In this document: positions 1 through 13,752 of the stretch, piece by piece
Layout: the number at the start of each line of letters is the position of its first letter
Position numbering within the stretch: position 1 is the first letter of the stretch
NCBI GenBank assembly: GCA_050084985.1
Contig: JBITNC010000001.1
Location: 101,618,001-101,682,000 of the forward strand
Reading direction: 5' to 3'
DNA length: 64,000 nt
Source of the DNA: Nageia nagi
Taxonomy: Eukaryota; Plantae; Pinophyta
The notes under the pieces: generated by a model
Told to the model about the DNA's origin: nothing
What the model saw: only the letters and a program-made list of their open reading frames with translations
Databases searched by the model: none
Position numbers and translations under genes: made by a program

Positions 1-1969
1 TTTTTTACTACCACCATGTATAGCTAGGTAGTAATTTCTAGATATATAAGATAATTTTGTGACTGATTTTTTGGGATCTAGATTAAAACCCTACATTTTG
101 ATAATATAATTTACTCTTATTATAAAAAAAAATAAAAAATGATAAAATAAGTTCTAACTTCCAAAGTCTAACATAACAACCTCCACAAGAGGAGAAAATA
201 AACATACTACAACTAACTAATCATGAGGTTAAGGGGGTGAAAATTATCCTCCTCAAAATATATTCCCAAACTCCATTTTCTAGACTAAAAATTCCCTAGC
301 CTTCATTATCATTAAAACCTCCAATATTAACATTGGTTTGTGAAGTAAGGATATATCTGTCATGGGTAGAGGGATTTGATATATCTCCCCAACCCATCAC
401 CTACTCATAAAGCTATGAATGAATGTCCCAACCACTTTGATGGTGGGAGGAAGAATGTTATACAATATGTAGTTGTTTAGGAATGGGTGGGGGTTGATAC
501 CAATGCATGTGAGGTGAAGAGGCCAAGAAATTCCCATGAGGATTCATCTAGGATAAAGAACTGCACCCTCTATACCAAGCGAATGATCTTATGATACAGG
601 TTCTGGAGGGAATAATTAACTATGCAAGGAGCAATTCCTAAATGGTCCATTATATTTTTTAGGTGTTGCAATTTCAGATTAACCTTTTTAACTTGTATAG
701 CAATTTGCAACTAACATTCATAAAAAAATGCATATTTATCAACAAGAATGAATAAAATAGAAGCCTCTTAACAAGAAAACATTATTATTTCTAGTTTTTC
801 AAATATAATAAAGAATTATTATATGAAACATATGCCCAACTTCATTCAAAGGATCTGTAAAAGATAAGGGGATCTCCTAAAATATCATAAACCCATGAGA
901 AATATGTATATAGAAAAGATATGAAAAAGGAAAAAATACAAAAGTCCTTTGAATATCTGCAAAAAAGCACATGTTGGATTTTCCACCCCTAAATGTCTAA
1001 GTGGATGGCGAATCGATAGCCTTTTATTGAACTAAACTCTATGATTTTTTTCTATATTAGACTCCAATAGGATTGGGAAGAAACAATATCCCACATACTA
1101 TTCAAAGTATCAAATATAGGAACATCAAGGGATAACCAAGCATACTCAAGATGAGGTTTATATTTAACTAGTTGGTTATGCTTAGGAAAAAACTAATAAG
1201 AATAATAAGGTTTTTAAAACTTTTTAGTAATTTTGGTCAATGTTTATAAGTGAATTTTTTCCACCATAAAATTATAAGTGCCCTTATCATCTTGTGTAAG
1301 ACCATAGAATCAACAAAATAATAACAAGGAATCCAACTCATGTTTTGAAAATAAAATAAAAAAATCATTGCATGATGTAAGGATCAAATCCACTAAATTT
1401 TATCTAAATGAAAACCTTAAATGGTGACAATATGGGATCAACAAACATGAAGAGAAGAAATTGAAGCTCTCATTATCTTGTATCTCCCATTCCGAGTAAG
1501 CTAGGGTTTGAGAGATTCCCATGCTTTCCAAATACTTTTAATTACAAAAGAATCATATATATTAAAATAAGTTGGATATGTTAAGATGGTTTACAACCTC
1601 AACCCCTTACAAACCATTTTTTTAAAGGAAATAACTATTGAAATACAATGTTGAATAAAGATTTTCTAGGATTTGTTACCAATCATATCAATGAAAACTC
1701 ATTTTGCATAAAGAGAAAAATCCTGATCATGGTAATAAAATAATTCCATACCTCTAGCATTTTAAGGAAGATAACAAATATCCTAAGACACTCCATGAAA
1801 GCCTCTTTTATGCACATTAGAAGCCCAAATAAAGTCCCCTAACAATCTATCTATTTTTTAAAACATGATTTTGAAGGCACTCAACATGAAGAATAATACA
1901 TATGAGTAGAAGCAAGAATTTTTGAGCATATTTATAAATTCCAATTAGAGAGAGTTTCTTGGTAGTCTA
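1..1969 (-). mobile_element. Degenerate L1-clade LINE, ORF2 C-terminal part (post-RT region, zf-RVT-like); continues at 8357-8660
   Basis: Minus-strand translation gives KILASTHMYYSSC*VPSKSCF (~1860-1920), an RDFIWAS..RGFHGVS*DICYLP*NARGM segment (~1750-1845; cf. RxFLW...HxVAW..CxPK..GGLG) and GVENPTCAF (~960-990). The left boundary is uncertain. Confidence 0.75.
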
Positions 1970-1974
1970 ATACC

Positions 1975-2757
1975 TATTGAATATTTTTAGTGACCCCTAA
2001 TATTTAACCTAGGTATAAACTATAATAAAAATTAACATGTTATCATAACAACAATAATATTAAGTATAACAAAATAGAAGCAAGTAAAGCAATACTCAAA
2101 CTATTGGATCAAGATAACACCAATGCACTAATGAGAAAGGGATCAAGGGATAACTACATATGTGTAAATCCTTACCTAGAAGAAAATGGTTATATTCATA
2201 CTGAGCTTATAAAAAAGAGATGACCTTGATGTGCTAATCCCATAAATAACAATAGCAAGAAGATCAACATAGGTGCACATGTTAGTGTGGGCATTAGGTC
2301 CAAAAACAATAGTGCAAGACTACATATGAGCATGGATTCTAGGGTTTCTAACAAGTAGAGTTTTCCACCAAGAGTTGATGCACAACATAATATTTACAAG
2401 TGAATCCAAACATATAATTATGAAATATGGAGTGAAAAATATGCTCGAGTGATAATAAGATCCCAATATCAATAGGTGTTGTTGAGAAACACTTAGAAGT
2501 AGATATTAGCTATCAAGATGAAATCTTCATATGCTTTCCCCAGGTTATAGATAATTACATTTATATCAAGTATGAGTCACCATTTTATCCCTTGTGTTAA
2601 GGTAGTAGCTGATCTAGTGTACCTAAATAAAATATAAGAACACAACTTGAGAAATATATGATAATATGATTAAAATATGACTAAATGTGATTAAGATATG
2701 TATGTAAGTTGCACCTAAGGAGGATCGTATTAAGGGGACAAATTTTAGGTGTCAACA
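1975..2757 (-). repeat. 3' LTR of the 1975-8351 element
   Basis: Co-linear with 7576-8351 (e.g. AAATAGAAGCAAGTAAAGCAATACTCAAACTATTGGAT in both); abuts the PPT. Confidence 0.92.
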
Positions 2758-3850
2758 TGTGCCCCCCTTTGTAAGTATAATGAAATTGAATCTTAGAATA
2801 AAATTATGCTTGCAAAGGAAGAAAAGATCAAGAGAAGAAAAAATTGATACTTCCTTGGTTAGCTGCCAAATCATCAAGGATTTGATGATGTATATTGCCC
2901 CCTCTTTGCCTTGGTTGTGAGATGCAATGTATTGCATGTAGTAGATTCAATCAAGAGTAAATAACAAACCTAAATATGAGAAGGAAATACTTCCAAGCAC
3001 ATATATTATTGTTAACTAATAAAAGATATAGCAGTGATTTTAAGAGAGGACATCATAACATTTCATCAAGTGATATAGCAATAATGGAGCAAAGATAAAA
3101 TTAATATCATATGCATACATCATATTGAGAACAATAAATACAAAAATACTCAATGTTTCATTCTTAGATGCATACATAAGAGAATCATGATAAAGGTGTA
3201 TCCATATCATCATGGGGTACATGACCCATTCCTAGATGGAACACATGCAAATAGAATCATATATGTTAACATCATCATGAGGTACATGCCCCATTCTTAG
3301 ATGTAATATATGAAATAAGAAAACAATATGGTGATGGTTAGTTGATACCCAACCAATAAAGGTAACTCAAATATGGAGGTTAGTTAAGATCCAACTAGCA
3401 AAGGTGACTCAGGAACAAGGGTGGTTTGAATATTTCCTAGCCATGTTATATGATATGCTTACCGTCATGAGGTACATGTCCCATTATTAGGTGTGATTAA
3501 AGGATGATTGGTTTAAATATTTTACAATCATGCATGATTATAGTACCAATGATAATGTGGCCATTATATTGAATATTAGTTAGTCCCAATCTCCATGCTA
3601 AATTAACAAAAATGTTTGGTTTAGTCCTAGCCAAATGATCAAAATAGTGATAGTTATTTAGTGTCCACCTAATAAGGAAATGATATGCTAAGAATGATAA
3701 TGAAGCATTAAATGATGATTATAAATGTAAAGGTAAGGGAGTAGAGAATAATACTTACACTTACCTATGACAAATAATATGATTTGATGCAAAAATGCTA
3801 TCATGGAAACAAATGTTAGCATGAGTGCAAAAGATAGCACATGCGCTAGG

Positions 3851-3958
3851 CCTTAGGTTGATTTAGACATCATAGATTTTTTGAGACCTTAGGTTGATTC
3901 AGACATCATAGATTTTTTGAGACCTTAGGTTGATTCAAACATCATAGATTTTTTAAGA
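3851..3958. repeat. 3 x 36 bp tandem repeat (CCTTAGGTTGATTYARACATCATAGATTTTTTRAGA)
   Basis: Units start at 3851, 3887 and 3923 and differ by 1-3 substitutions. Confidence 0.95.
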
Positions 3959-5819
3959 CTTAGAGATGAATGATATGATATTATTGACCTATGTGTGATG
4001 ATTTAAGTCTGCATGACTAATTGGATTAATATTACTTATTTGAGAATGAAAACTAATTGAAAGAATTCTAAAGGTGCTATATTCATTATCTAACCTAACT
4101 ATGATTACTGAACCCTATGATTTTTATTGAAGCTTTAAATATGTTAAGAATACCAACACATATGCTAGGATGATATAAGATTTTTGCATAGAAATCTAGT
4201 ATGGGTGCTAATGCTAGCATGATCACTATTTTCAACATAGATGCTGAGGATCCTAAGGAAATTGGCTTTGTATTTTTTTAGAGGCTGAAATGAAAAAGAG
4301 TATATTCCAAAAATAATATAGATCTTAAACATTTTTAATCATAATATCAATAAAGGTTATGTCATATCATAAATACTTAATATCCAAATTATCATAATAA
4401 AAGGATCATAAAAATTATCATAAATTGATGGTTAATGCTGTAACCAACAAAGTAAGTGATCATAAAGTGGTTATATTGAAGTGATCATAAAAAATAACAT
4501 AGCAATATTTGATCATGTAAGAAAAAATCATAATTCTAAAGGAGATAACCTATGCATTCTTGAGGGCATGCCCCTAAGATAGAGTAAAAATTGATAATAT
4601 GCCCCAATGCGGGCGTTGAGTTACTTATTCATTTTCTCATCTAAAATTATTGATCATTAGCTTTTGAAATATATTTTGATGGATCCATTGTGAACTAAAA
4701 AACCATTCTATCTATCCTTGCGACATTTATTTAACCATGTCATGCATGACTTCCTTTGACAAACCATGATTGAACTGACAAAATTGAAAACTACTTGATC
4801 AAAAATATACTACAAGATGACTAAGAAAAATATACCAACTTGACCATACAAATATAGAGACATAGAAATATAAATATATGATAGTTAATTATATCCCTAA
4901 CCAAAAAAGGGAACAAGTGATTGTTAATTATGCCCCTAACCAACAAAGGGGTTATATGCAATGCATGATGCAATCTAGTCTATATGAAAATGCATAACTA
5001 ATCTAAATGAGAATGAAAGCCTAACTTATATGAAAAATATGGGAAACATTACCTAGTGAGTGTTCTTATGAAGTGTATGTTTGATGTTTATTCCCTTTAA
5101 ATGAAGCTTCCTTGCTTGAATCTTTAGCAAAATGGTGTAAACATGCATGTTCCTTTGGTTTGATCTTCTTTAGGCATGTGCGAGTGGTCCTTTTTTTAAG
5201 ATTTATCCTTTTCCTTCATCTATGATGGTGGTACAGATGCTACCCCTAATACAAACACTTGGTATCCAAGGTTGCTTCAAGGTTTTGATCAACTAAAGAG
5301 GTATCTTCATCTACATCCTAATATGTCTTCATTCTTTCCTATTCAACTTTTTCTTTTTATAGTTCTTATTGTTCATCATCATCATCATCAAAGATAACCA
5401 TGTTCATTTTATTGTTGATGTCTTCAATTTCCTCTTCTATATCATCTTCATCTTCATCTTCACTTTTAATATCTTTATTAAGGGATGCATCATCTTCTAA
5501 TTGGATTGATCTAACATGATAAAAATATGCAAACATACTTCCAAGAGCACTTGTAGTAATATTAGCAATAATAAACCAATTCTTGAAAGCATTTTGGATA
5601 AATTCTATATGATAATCATATTTCATGCATAAATCATATAAGATAATTTCATAAAAACAAATGATGATCACAAAAGGGTTTAGTATTACCCCCCTTCTTA
5701 CCTTGTTGTGGGTAGGCACAATCTTTGATAAGATAAACCATGTTTACTATATTGTTGTATCCTTCATCATCAAATTGTACTATAGTTTTATTATCAAATT
5801 CCTCCTTGGTAACAAAATT

Positions 5820-6720
5820 AACTTATCCATTTTCTAAAAGCTGATGCAATTTCTTCTTCATTTCAACACACCTATTATTAGAATGGCCTTTGACTTGATG
5901 ATATAAGCAATGATTGTTCATTTTGGACCAATGGGGTTTCTTTTCATCTTCACCATATTCTCTACCCTTTTTAGGTTCTATCAATCCCTTTTCTAAACAA
6001 TCTTTGAAAATTTGTGTGGGAGATATAGGAAGATTGTAGAAAGGTTTCTTTTATTTTACATGTGTAGTTGGTTCAACCATATTTACTTGATGATTCTCAT
6101 TCCTTTGATATGACTTTTTATGATTTTCCTTGCTAAAAGATGTATATTTAAGTTGACAAGATCTTAACAAGAAATTTTCTTTCCTAATAAGCATGTGAAT
6201 CATATGCATAAATGGACCACTAACATAATCAAGACCTCTTTCACCAAGAATAATATTAATATTATCAAGAAATACCTTTACAATGAATTCCTCATCCACA
6301 TTTTGGTCTATTGATCTCCAAATATTCACATACATTTTTGCAAACTTTTTCAATATTTCTAATTGACCTTGCTTATAATGAATTAAATATGTTAAATTAA
6401 GAGGTTTCTTAATATTATATTGGAATTACCTTTTGAACTGATCCTTCAACTACTTATATGATGATATAGAACTTGGTTTCAAACTATGAAACCACTTTCA
6501 AGCTTCACTAAGTAAACACATAGGGAAAGTTTTTGCTTTCAATTGGTTATTAACACCACATTTAAGTTCTATAATGTATTCAAAACCTTGAAGATGTGTG
6601 ATATGATTGGTATCATGATTGAATTTTTGAAATTCAAGATCCTTATCTATACTAACAAGTAGTGTATTGTGAATCTCCATACTCAAGGTACTGCCTCTAT
6701 ATTCTATATGATCAACATCT
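5820..6720 (-). pseudogene. Decayed retrotransposon gag with CCHC-like knuckle
   Basis: FQKFNHDTNHITHLQGF...LKAKTFPMCLLSEA*KWFHSLKPSSISSY..LKDQF (retrotrans_gag pattern) and CLYHQVKGHSNNRC (Cx2Hx4Hx4C, typical of Ogre/Tat gag) at ~5870-5910. Confidence 0.85.
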
Positions 6721-7575
6721 GTCCCAAAGTATTTTTGAATTCATTTTATGCTCATTCCCAACTCATTAATTTGTTTTGATGTAACATTCAAAGATGTATT
6801 CCAAATGTTGGCATTGATGTTAGTGCAAGCACTACCATCAACATTAATGCTAACATGATTTTTTTCTAATAAGATGGTTATATCTTTCATACATAAAGAA
6901 ATATATATTAAAACCTCTAAAAACCTAAGTATTTTTGTTTGGCAAAAATTGACCTAAAAATATGCTAATTATGTAAAATATGACCTTAAAAATTATCAAA
7001 ATATCCCAGTATGAAATATATATACATGAGATAAGATTTTAGGAAAAATTTTAGGGCACCAATATTTAGGATTTAGGCAAAGTTTTATGGCATAAACAAC
7101 CACCAAATCTTCAAAAATTAGGCTCAAAATCTAGGGTTTTATGCTAAAATAAAATTCCACAAAAATTCTTCAACTCAAAAATCCATGAAAATGCATGCAA
7201 ATAAACCCAATCACATCTTCTAAAAATTGCCTATCATGAATATATGAGGTTTGGACAAAGTTCTAGGGCATAAATAAGCATAAAATATTTAAAAAATAGG
7301 TTTAAAATTAGGGTTTTTAACAAAAAATGAAATTCTACAAATTAAAAATACCTTCAAATTTTCAATAATTTAAAAGCAAATTTGTAGAAAATTAAGATAA
7401 ACAAAAACCAAGCAAAACCTAGGGCTTCCTATGAAAAATTCCACATAAAATATGATGCCTTAAAAATGAAAAATGTAGTTTTTTTTTGTCAAAAATAAAA
7501 ATTCAAAGTAGGTTCAAGCAACACTTTCTAACCCTAGTTAAGATATGGAAATGCTATGAAAGGTGGGCACTAATA

Positions 7576-8351
7576 TGTTGAATGTTTTTAGTGACCCTTA
7601 AGATTTAACCTAGGTAGAAACTATAATAAATATTAAAATTTGATCATAACAACAATAATTTGAAGTATAACAAAATAGAAGCAAGTAAAGCAATACTCAA
7701 ACTATTGGATTAAGATAACACCAATGCACTAATGAGAAAGGGATAACTACATACTTATAAATCTTTACCTAGAAGAAGTTGGTTATATACAAACTAAGCT
7801 TGTATAAAAAATATGACCTTGATGTGCGAACCCCACAAACAACAATAATAAATATATCAACATGGACGTGCATATTAGCACAGGTGCTAGGTCTAGAAAC
7901 AACACCATGGGTGCATATGAGAGAATGAACACTAGGGTTCCTAATGAGTAGATTTCTCCACCAAAAGTCAATGCACAACAAAATGTCAACAAGTCAAGCC
8001 AAACATATAATTGTGAAAGATGGAATGACAAATATGCTCGAGTGATAAGAAGATCCTAGTCTCAATATGTAGCATTGAGAAATACCTAGAAGTAGGTACT
8101 GACTATCGATATAAAATATTAATATGCTTTTCCTAGGTTAGAGATACTTACATTTATATTAGACATGATTCACCATTTGATCCCTTTTATGAAGGTAGTA
8201 GTCGACTTAGTATACCTAACATAAAACATAAGAACATAATCTAAGAAGTATGTGATAATATGATTAAAATGTGACTAAATGTGATTAAGATATGTATGTA
8301 AGTTTCACCTAAGTGGGACCATGTCAAGGTGACCACTTTTAAGTGTCAACA
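7576..8351 (-). repeat. 5' LTR of the 1975-8351 element
   Basis: TGTTGAATG...AGTGTCAACA, matches 1975-2757. Confidence 0.92.
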
Positions 8352-8356
8352 ATACC

Positions 8357-8660
8357 CAAGATTCTTTTCAATTTTATGAACAATAAATTCCATAGCTGAA
8401 TTGGGGACCCTTGAATGAAAAAAGGGATACCAAAGAATTTAAATATTTCTCCAAGTTGAATCCATTTTCAAGGATAACAAGCTAACCATTAAGGAAGAGG
8501 CTTCAAAGACTATTTGTAATAGGAGGTATTCTACCATTAGATATTAGAACCATAAGAAATACTAAAAATATGAAAATATTATAAAGCATAAGTAGTTGAT
8601 TTCTCATCTTCATTAAGGTTCAAAAAATAGTCATCAACAAAATTACCAGAATCCATGGCT
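8357..8660 (-). mobile_element. LINE RT fragment (upstream continuation of the 1-1969 LINE), 5'-truncated
   Basis: Minus-strand GNFVDDYFLNL (F/YADD motif, ~8615-8650) and GEIFKFFGIPFF (FKYLGIP motif, ~8420-8452). Joins 1969 across the ATACC TSD. Confidence 0.8.
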
Positions 8661-9822
8661 TGCATCTCATCAGGTAGGTCTGATCTTACATCCATGTTAA
8701 AACATAAAAACTTATTAGTAATCAAGTAACAAAGAAAAAATTGCAAGTAAAAAGTTAATTAAGTTAAAAGGTACAATTTATAGTTTAAAATAAAAAAAAT
8801 TAATGACATGAATTTTTTAAATTTCAAGTGCCAACCTATGTTAAAGTCCATACAGAAAGTAAATCAAGTATATTTTAAGAAAACTTAATTTCAAAGGTGA
8901 CACTAGGAGCCTAGTAGTGCTTCTTGATTCAAGCAATCAATTTTTGAAAAATGTTCAAAACCCACCAAATTTTTTCCTACTTCTATGATAAAAATGACCT
9001 TAAATTTCTTCTATGCATGTGAAAAATAGCCCCTACATTTTTATCCTAATTATTTTGAAAATTATCCAAATTTGATAAAAACTTAGTTAAATAAAAAAAT
9101 TAATCCATCAAAAATATTCTAATCAACACATAAACCAAGAATATAAAAAAGTTTTAGTACCTGATGCCCCTTGGGCAAAGAACAAACAATAAGAGCCCTA
9201 TGACTATGCTAAGAAGTAATCCAATGAACCATAATCATAGCAATCACATCCAACTAACTAGTGGTTCTCCTGAAATTCTTTAACAACCTAAGTGGACACC
9301 TAGAACCTTGAGGACCATAACTTAAGTTAGTAAAATAAGAATGTGCAAATGAAATCCAATTAAACCTATTTATAAAATAATTAGAATCCCCTTTTCTAAA
9401 CATCCCACTTATCCTTATTTATGTCCCAAAATCAACCCTCTTTTTGTTGTTAAACATGTGGATGCCCATCTACAGATCATTTTTTATCTTCTAACATTTC
9501 ACTTATGATGCGTTGCTACTAGGATTCGAACACCATTGTTGGCTTCAAATATTTCTTTTATATAAAATTTAAAACCATAAGCTTGGTCATAATATGCATA
9601 GAATAAAAAGGTAAATTCATGTCAATAACAAAACCTAATTTATCAAAAATCTGCTTGGGGAAAATTGATAAAATTAAACTAGAAATGATCATCAAATTTT
9701 ATGTTACCTGGTCAATTTCACTAAACCACTTAACATTTTCACTTCATGAGTGAAATATAGAATTGAGGAAGTAATAATATTTAGTAATTCATTATCTTAC
9801 TCTAGTACTTACACTACATTTC

Positions 9823-9838
9823 TAGCACTGTTGCTGGG
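9823..9838 (+). other. Deaminated primer-binding site (Athila-type TGGCGCCGTTGCCGGG) following an LTR-like end ...ACACTACA at 9818
   Basis: TAGCACTGTTGCTGGG differs from TGGCGCCGTTGCCGGG only by G>A/C>T transitions. Confidence 0.5.
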
Positions 9839-10309
9839 TTAAAATGGTAAAGGTTTATTTTTTTCACATTTGTAATTTGTATCTATGATAAATTGAAGAA
9901 AAATATGTATGTTTTCTTTAAATGCTATATATTGTTGAAATTCTTATTGAGCTCTTATAATGTTTCAAAACAACATTGTGTGATGCCCTCTTCATAATAA
10001 ATTTCATGAATGAATGTCAATTTCATAAATATTCATAATATTGCAGTTACATATGCCCTTGCATTATCAATTATCATTACAAAACATATTATATTTTAGA
10101 TAATACTTTGTAAAAATAGCTTTCATATATTTCTTATCATAAAGAAGGATTATTAATTAATTTTATAAAAATTTGCTTATTATATATGAGAATTATTAGA
10201 TATTTTTATTGTTACTTATCATAAATAATGCTTGTAAAAATATATCATTTGTCTAAAATATTTTCATATCATGATTATTACTTATAATTGGCTTCCTATG
10301 TAAGAGAGG

Positions 10310-10570
10310 GGCACTCTTATCAGAAAGTACATGAAAACATGGTGACTTGGGAAACCAAGTTGGTAAATATTTTCATTTGATACCTTTGTAACGAAGGTTT
10401 ACACTTATCAGAAAAACCATGGAAATATGGTATCTTGCGAAACCAAGTTGATCACTCTTATCATTTGACACCTTTGTAAGGAAGGGTCAATCTTATCATT
10501 TGGTGCCTTTGTAAGGAAGAAACATTCATACTAAAAATCCATGGTAACATGGTGACTTTGGAATCCAAGC
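10310..10570 (+). repeat. Imperfect tandem repeats in the 3' internal region of an LTR element
   Basis: Recurrent CATGGTGACTT..GAAACCAAG and TCATTTGAYACCTTTGTAAGGAAGG units. Confidence 0.75.
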
Positions 10571-10954
10571 TAATCAGTTTAAATTGGCCATTTATCCTCA
10601 TACTCTTGGTGAGTAAGTCACCAAGAATAGGTTTGATTGCTTATCACTTATATACTTTCTATATCATGATGTTTAATATCTATATTTGAGATATATTGCA
10701 CAAACTATTCTTATTTAAGTTCTTTTTAGGTTCCTTTGTATTTGCCTTGAATTGCTCCTATGATAAGAGGTTCATCATATCATAACCAAGTAAAAAAGGG
10801 GGCATAATATAGGTGAAAAATTGGGGCATCCAAAGCTTCCACCATGTGAAAATGTTTCAAGGAGTACTTTATTAATTATCTTGTTATACTTTGAATTTAT
10901 GCTTTGATTATATATCATCCCAAAAGCATCAAACCATATTCAAAGTGGGGCATA

Positions 10955-11777
10955 TGTTAACACCTAAAATAGAATTTTAATTTAATTAAAATACCTTTTT
11001 AGGTATTGAAAATGATTTATTTATTTTATTAAATTAATGCTCTTATCATTGTGTAAACTCATCCACCTTTATGTTTTATGATAATAGGTCGATCTGACAT
11101 CACAATAAGCCTAAGGGGAAGACTTAGCACTAGACCTATTACCTATAAATATGGAGGGGTTATACATAAGAAATTATGATATGATCCTGAATCCTTGATA
11201 GGTCGTAATATACTTGTGTCATCCTTTATTGATATTTCTTAATGCCATTTATCATTTATGGATTTTTTTATACTCTTAGTTTTGTATTTCTATGATATTT
11301 TCATCCATTCACAAGTGATATTCCATGCATAAAAGGTGAGATAATGGCATCAAGAAAAAGGGAGAGTCAATTTGGAAAGGCAACCAGGCCACACTGTTGG
11401 ATTCTTAGCACTATCACTACATTAAGGTTGGATATGTGGCTTTATTCTTTAGGAAAGCTTATCATTTATCCTCTTTCGATTGGATATTGCCTTCATTCAT
11501 CATGACAGGTAAAATCCAAGTTTGTATCCTTCGTAAATCTAGTTTGATAGGTCAAGGTCAATTAAGTTATTTTCATCTTTTATGTCATCATTTTCTATTA
11601 TTTTGTGGTTAATTGGTTAAATTAATTTTACTATAAATAACCTTAATTATTATTATTTTGGTTATAATAGTATGTAAAAATATTTTATCCCATAGGACTT
11701 ATCTTATACCTCTTAGTAATAAATAAAGCATATTGAAATTTTAGTACGATGGTCTTACTAAGATAGCATTACCAACA
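10955..11777 (+). mobile_element. 3' LTR (preceded by PPT) of a gypsy element with the same terminus type as 1975-8351
   Basis: PPT CAAAGTGGGGCATA, then TGTTAACACCTAAAAT (cf. rc of ATTTTAGGTGTCAACA). Probable end ...ACCAACA at 11777. No partner LTR found. Confidence 0.6.
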
Positions 11778-13419
11778 TGATTTTAGTCAGCATGGGTATA
11801 AGATGATCGATGAAATATATAATGTTCATGCCTTTAAACATTCTTGGATTTAGAGTTTTCTTATTTAATTTCACAAAAATTTCTAAGAAAATTGACTTTC
11901 AAGATAATTTGTCAGGGGAAAAAATGGATAAAGGGTATTTAGCTTATATTTTTTGTATGTCAAATTTCTAGAGGTTTCAAAATAAATACTCTAACATTGG
12001 CATTAAAAGATAATTATGGATATGTTCTTACCTAAAAATAATTTATCTTGTTGGATGTAATTATTGTTATATCATTTTTGATAAGAAATAGTTGACTCCT
12101 CTCTACTTTATCAAAATTTAGGGCTTGAATTCTATTACTTTGAGAATGGCAAGCTTCTTGAGGCCATATTCAGACATAGAAGGACATTGGGAGGAATGTT
12201 TTTACTGAACATAAAGGCCATATAGAATATTTTTACTACTATCCTAGATTGTGCTAGGTTAAAAAATAGTATCTTGCATTTTACAACAATTCTAGATAAA
12301 TCTTTTATTTGCATTTTTTATTTTTGAGTAGTTACATGTGTCATTTGATTTGCATTTTAAATTTTTTATTTTCCATATGTATTGTGACTTATTCCATTGG
12401 ATTCTTATCTTATGTTGATTTTGTCTTGAGTCTTTTCCATCTCTTAATCAATGGGCATTGAGGATTGTTCACTTTTACTATTCTTCTTGATTTTTCATCA
12501 AATTCATCACCCAAATCATGAATATTTATGAAATCAAATTCAATTTATGTAGGGTGATATTCCTTTTGCTTAGAAGCATTATGAACACCTTTATGTTTAG
12601 TTACATCCAAATTAGCATGTTGGATAGTACCATTATGAAAGATGGAAATCACCTTGTTAGATCAATCCTCTAGTTCTCTTGCACCTTTCATATCATATTT
12701 TCATTTTTATAAACATTCTAGGTTTCATTTGCATCTTACTTAATATTTTGTATTATTTTCATTTTTATTCAAGTTCAACATACCATATCCATGGAATCCT
12801 TGTATCAAAACCATATAAATAGTTTGGCTTGGAAAGTTTCATGATTGTGAAGTTACTAATTGCATTGCTTTATCAACTGCTTGATGGTGTATTGCCCAAA
12901 TATTCTTTACTAGATGGTTTCTATTCTTTTGTAGATACGTGATAAATTTTTTCAACTTTATTTTCAAGACTATATTGGTTTCAACCTAAATTTTATGTAA
13001 CACTAAGTATTTATTATATAATACTGTCAAAGATTATTGAAATTATTTAATGATAGAAGTGAAAAGTCTAGTCTATAAGACTTTCAAAGATCAATGTTAT
13101 TATAAAATTCATGTAAATTTGATTTTTTGTAGATTATCTTGAGGAATATTTAATTTTCATTCCCATGATTCCCATAAAACCTTTATTAGGTGTGTGGATG
13201 TGCTAACAATTATTTTTTTGTAGGAGCATAAATATGCTCCATCTTATGTTCTTTAAAATGTTAATGTTGAATTGGATAGTTGGGATGATTTTCAAAGAGT
13301 AATAACATTGATGAAAGATAGAAGAATCAAGAAGAAATCTCAATGTAGTTGGATTAGTTATTATCTAGATTTGATTATTGAAATTTCTTAATGATAGAAG
13401 TGAAAAGTTTGATCTATAA

Positions 13420-13572
13420 TCTAACATGTGTAGGGGAGTGGGAGAGAGGGTAGGCTAATAAATCTAAAGTGGATAACAAGAGGCTCAAGGTTCAAATATC
13501 CTCCCTCACATATAAGTTTATATGTAGCATATGGGGGGTATCAATTCCCTGCACAAATTTGTAACTCATAAA
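13420..13572 (+). mobile_element. tRNA-derived SINE
   Basis: 17 bp TSD AAAAGTTTGATCTATAA at 13403-13419 and 13573-13589. A-box-like TAGGGGAGTGG (13431-13441), B-box-like GGTTCAAATATCC (13489-13501), A-rich tail. The paralogous sequence at ~13040-13130 lacks the insert. Confidence 0.85.
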
Positions 13573-13752
13573 AAAAGTTTGATCTATAAGCCTTTCAAAA
13601 ATTGATTTTATTATATAATTCATGTAAAATTGGTTTTATTTTTTTATTAAATATTTATACAAATATACAATGCTATTGATTTTTTATATCATATTGTTAA
13701 GTCAATGTAATTTCCTATGTATATTGATCTAGTATTTGTGAAAGCCTTATTT

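Larger units (their letters stand above)
1975..8351 (-). mobile_element. Non-autonomous (gag-only) Ty3/gypsy LTR retrotransposon, Ogre/Tat-like
   Basis: Paired ~780 bp LTRs at 1975-2757 and 7576-8351 (T[G/A]TTGA...TCAACA). Perfect 5 bp TSD ATACC at 1970-1974 and 8352-8356. PPT (rc of GCCCCCCTTTG) at ~2760-2771. Decayed PBS-like TAGTGCCCACCT next to the right LTR. Internal gag present, no pol motifs seen. Confidence 0.92.

Noticed and set aside
3851-3958. 36 bp repeats as a CRISPR array
   Set aside because: The units are head-to-tail with no spacers, there are no cas genes, and the context is eukaryotic TE DNA.
8660-9300. Possible minus-strand exon/intron structure (CAG/GTAC donor at ~9160)
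   Set aside because: There is no recognisable protein and no convincing acceptor.
13420-13572. tRNA gene
   Set aside because: No cloverleaf is evident. The TSD and A tail indicate a SINE.
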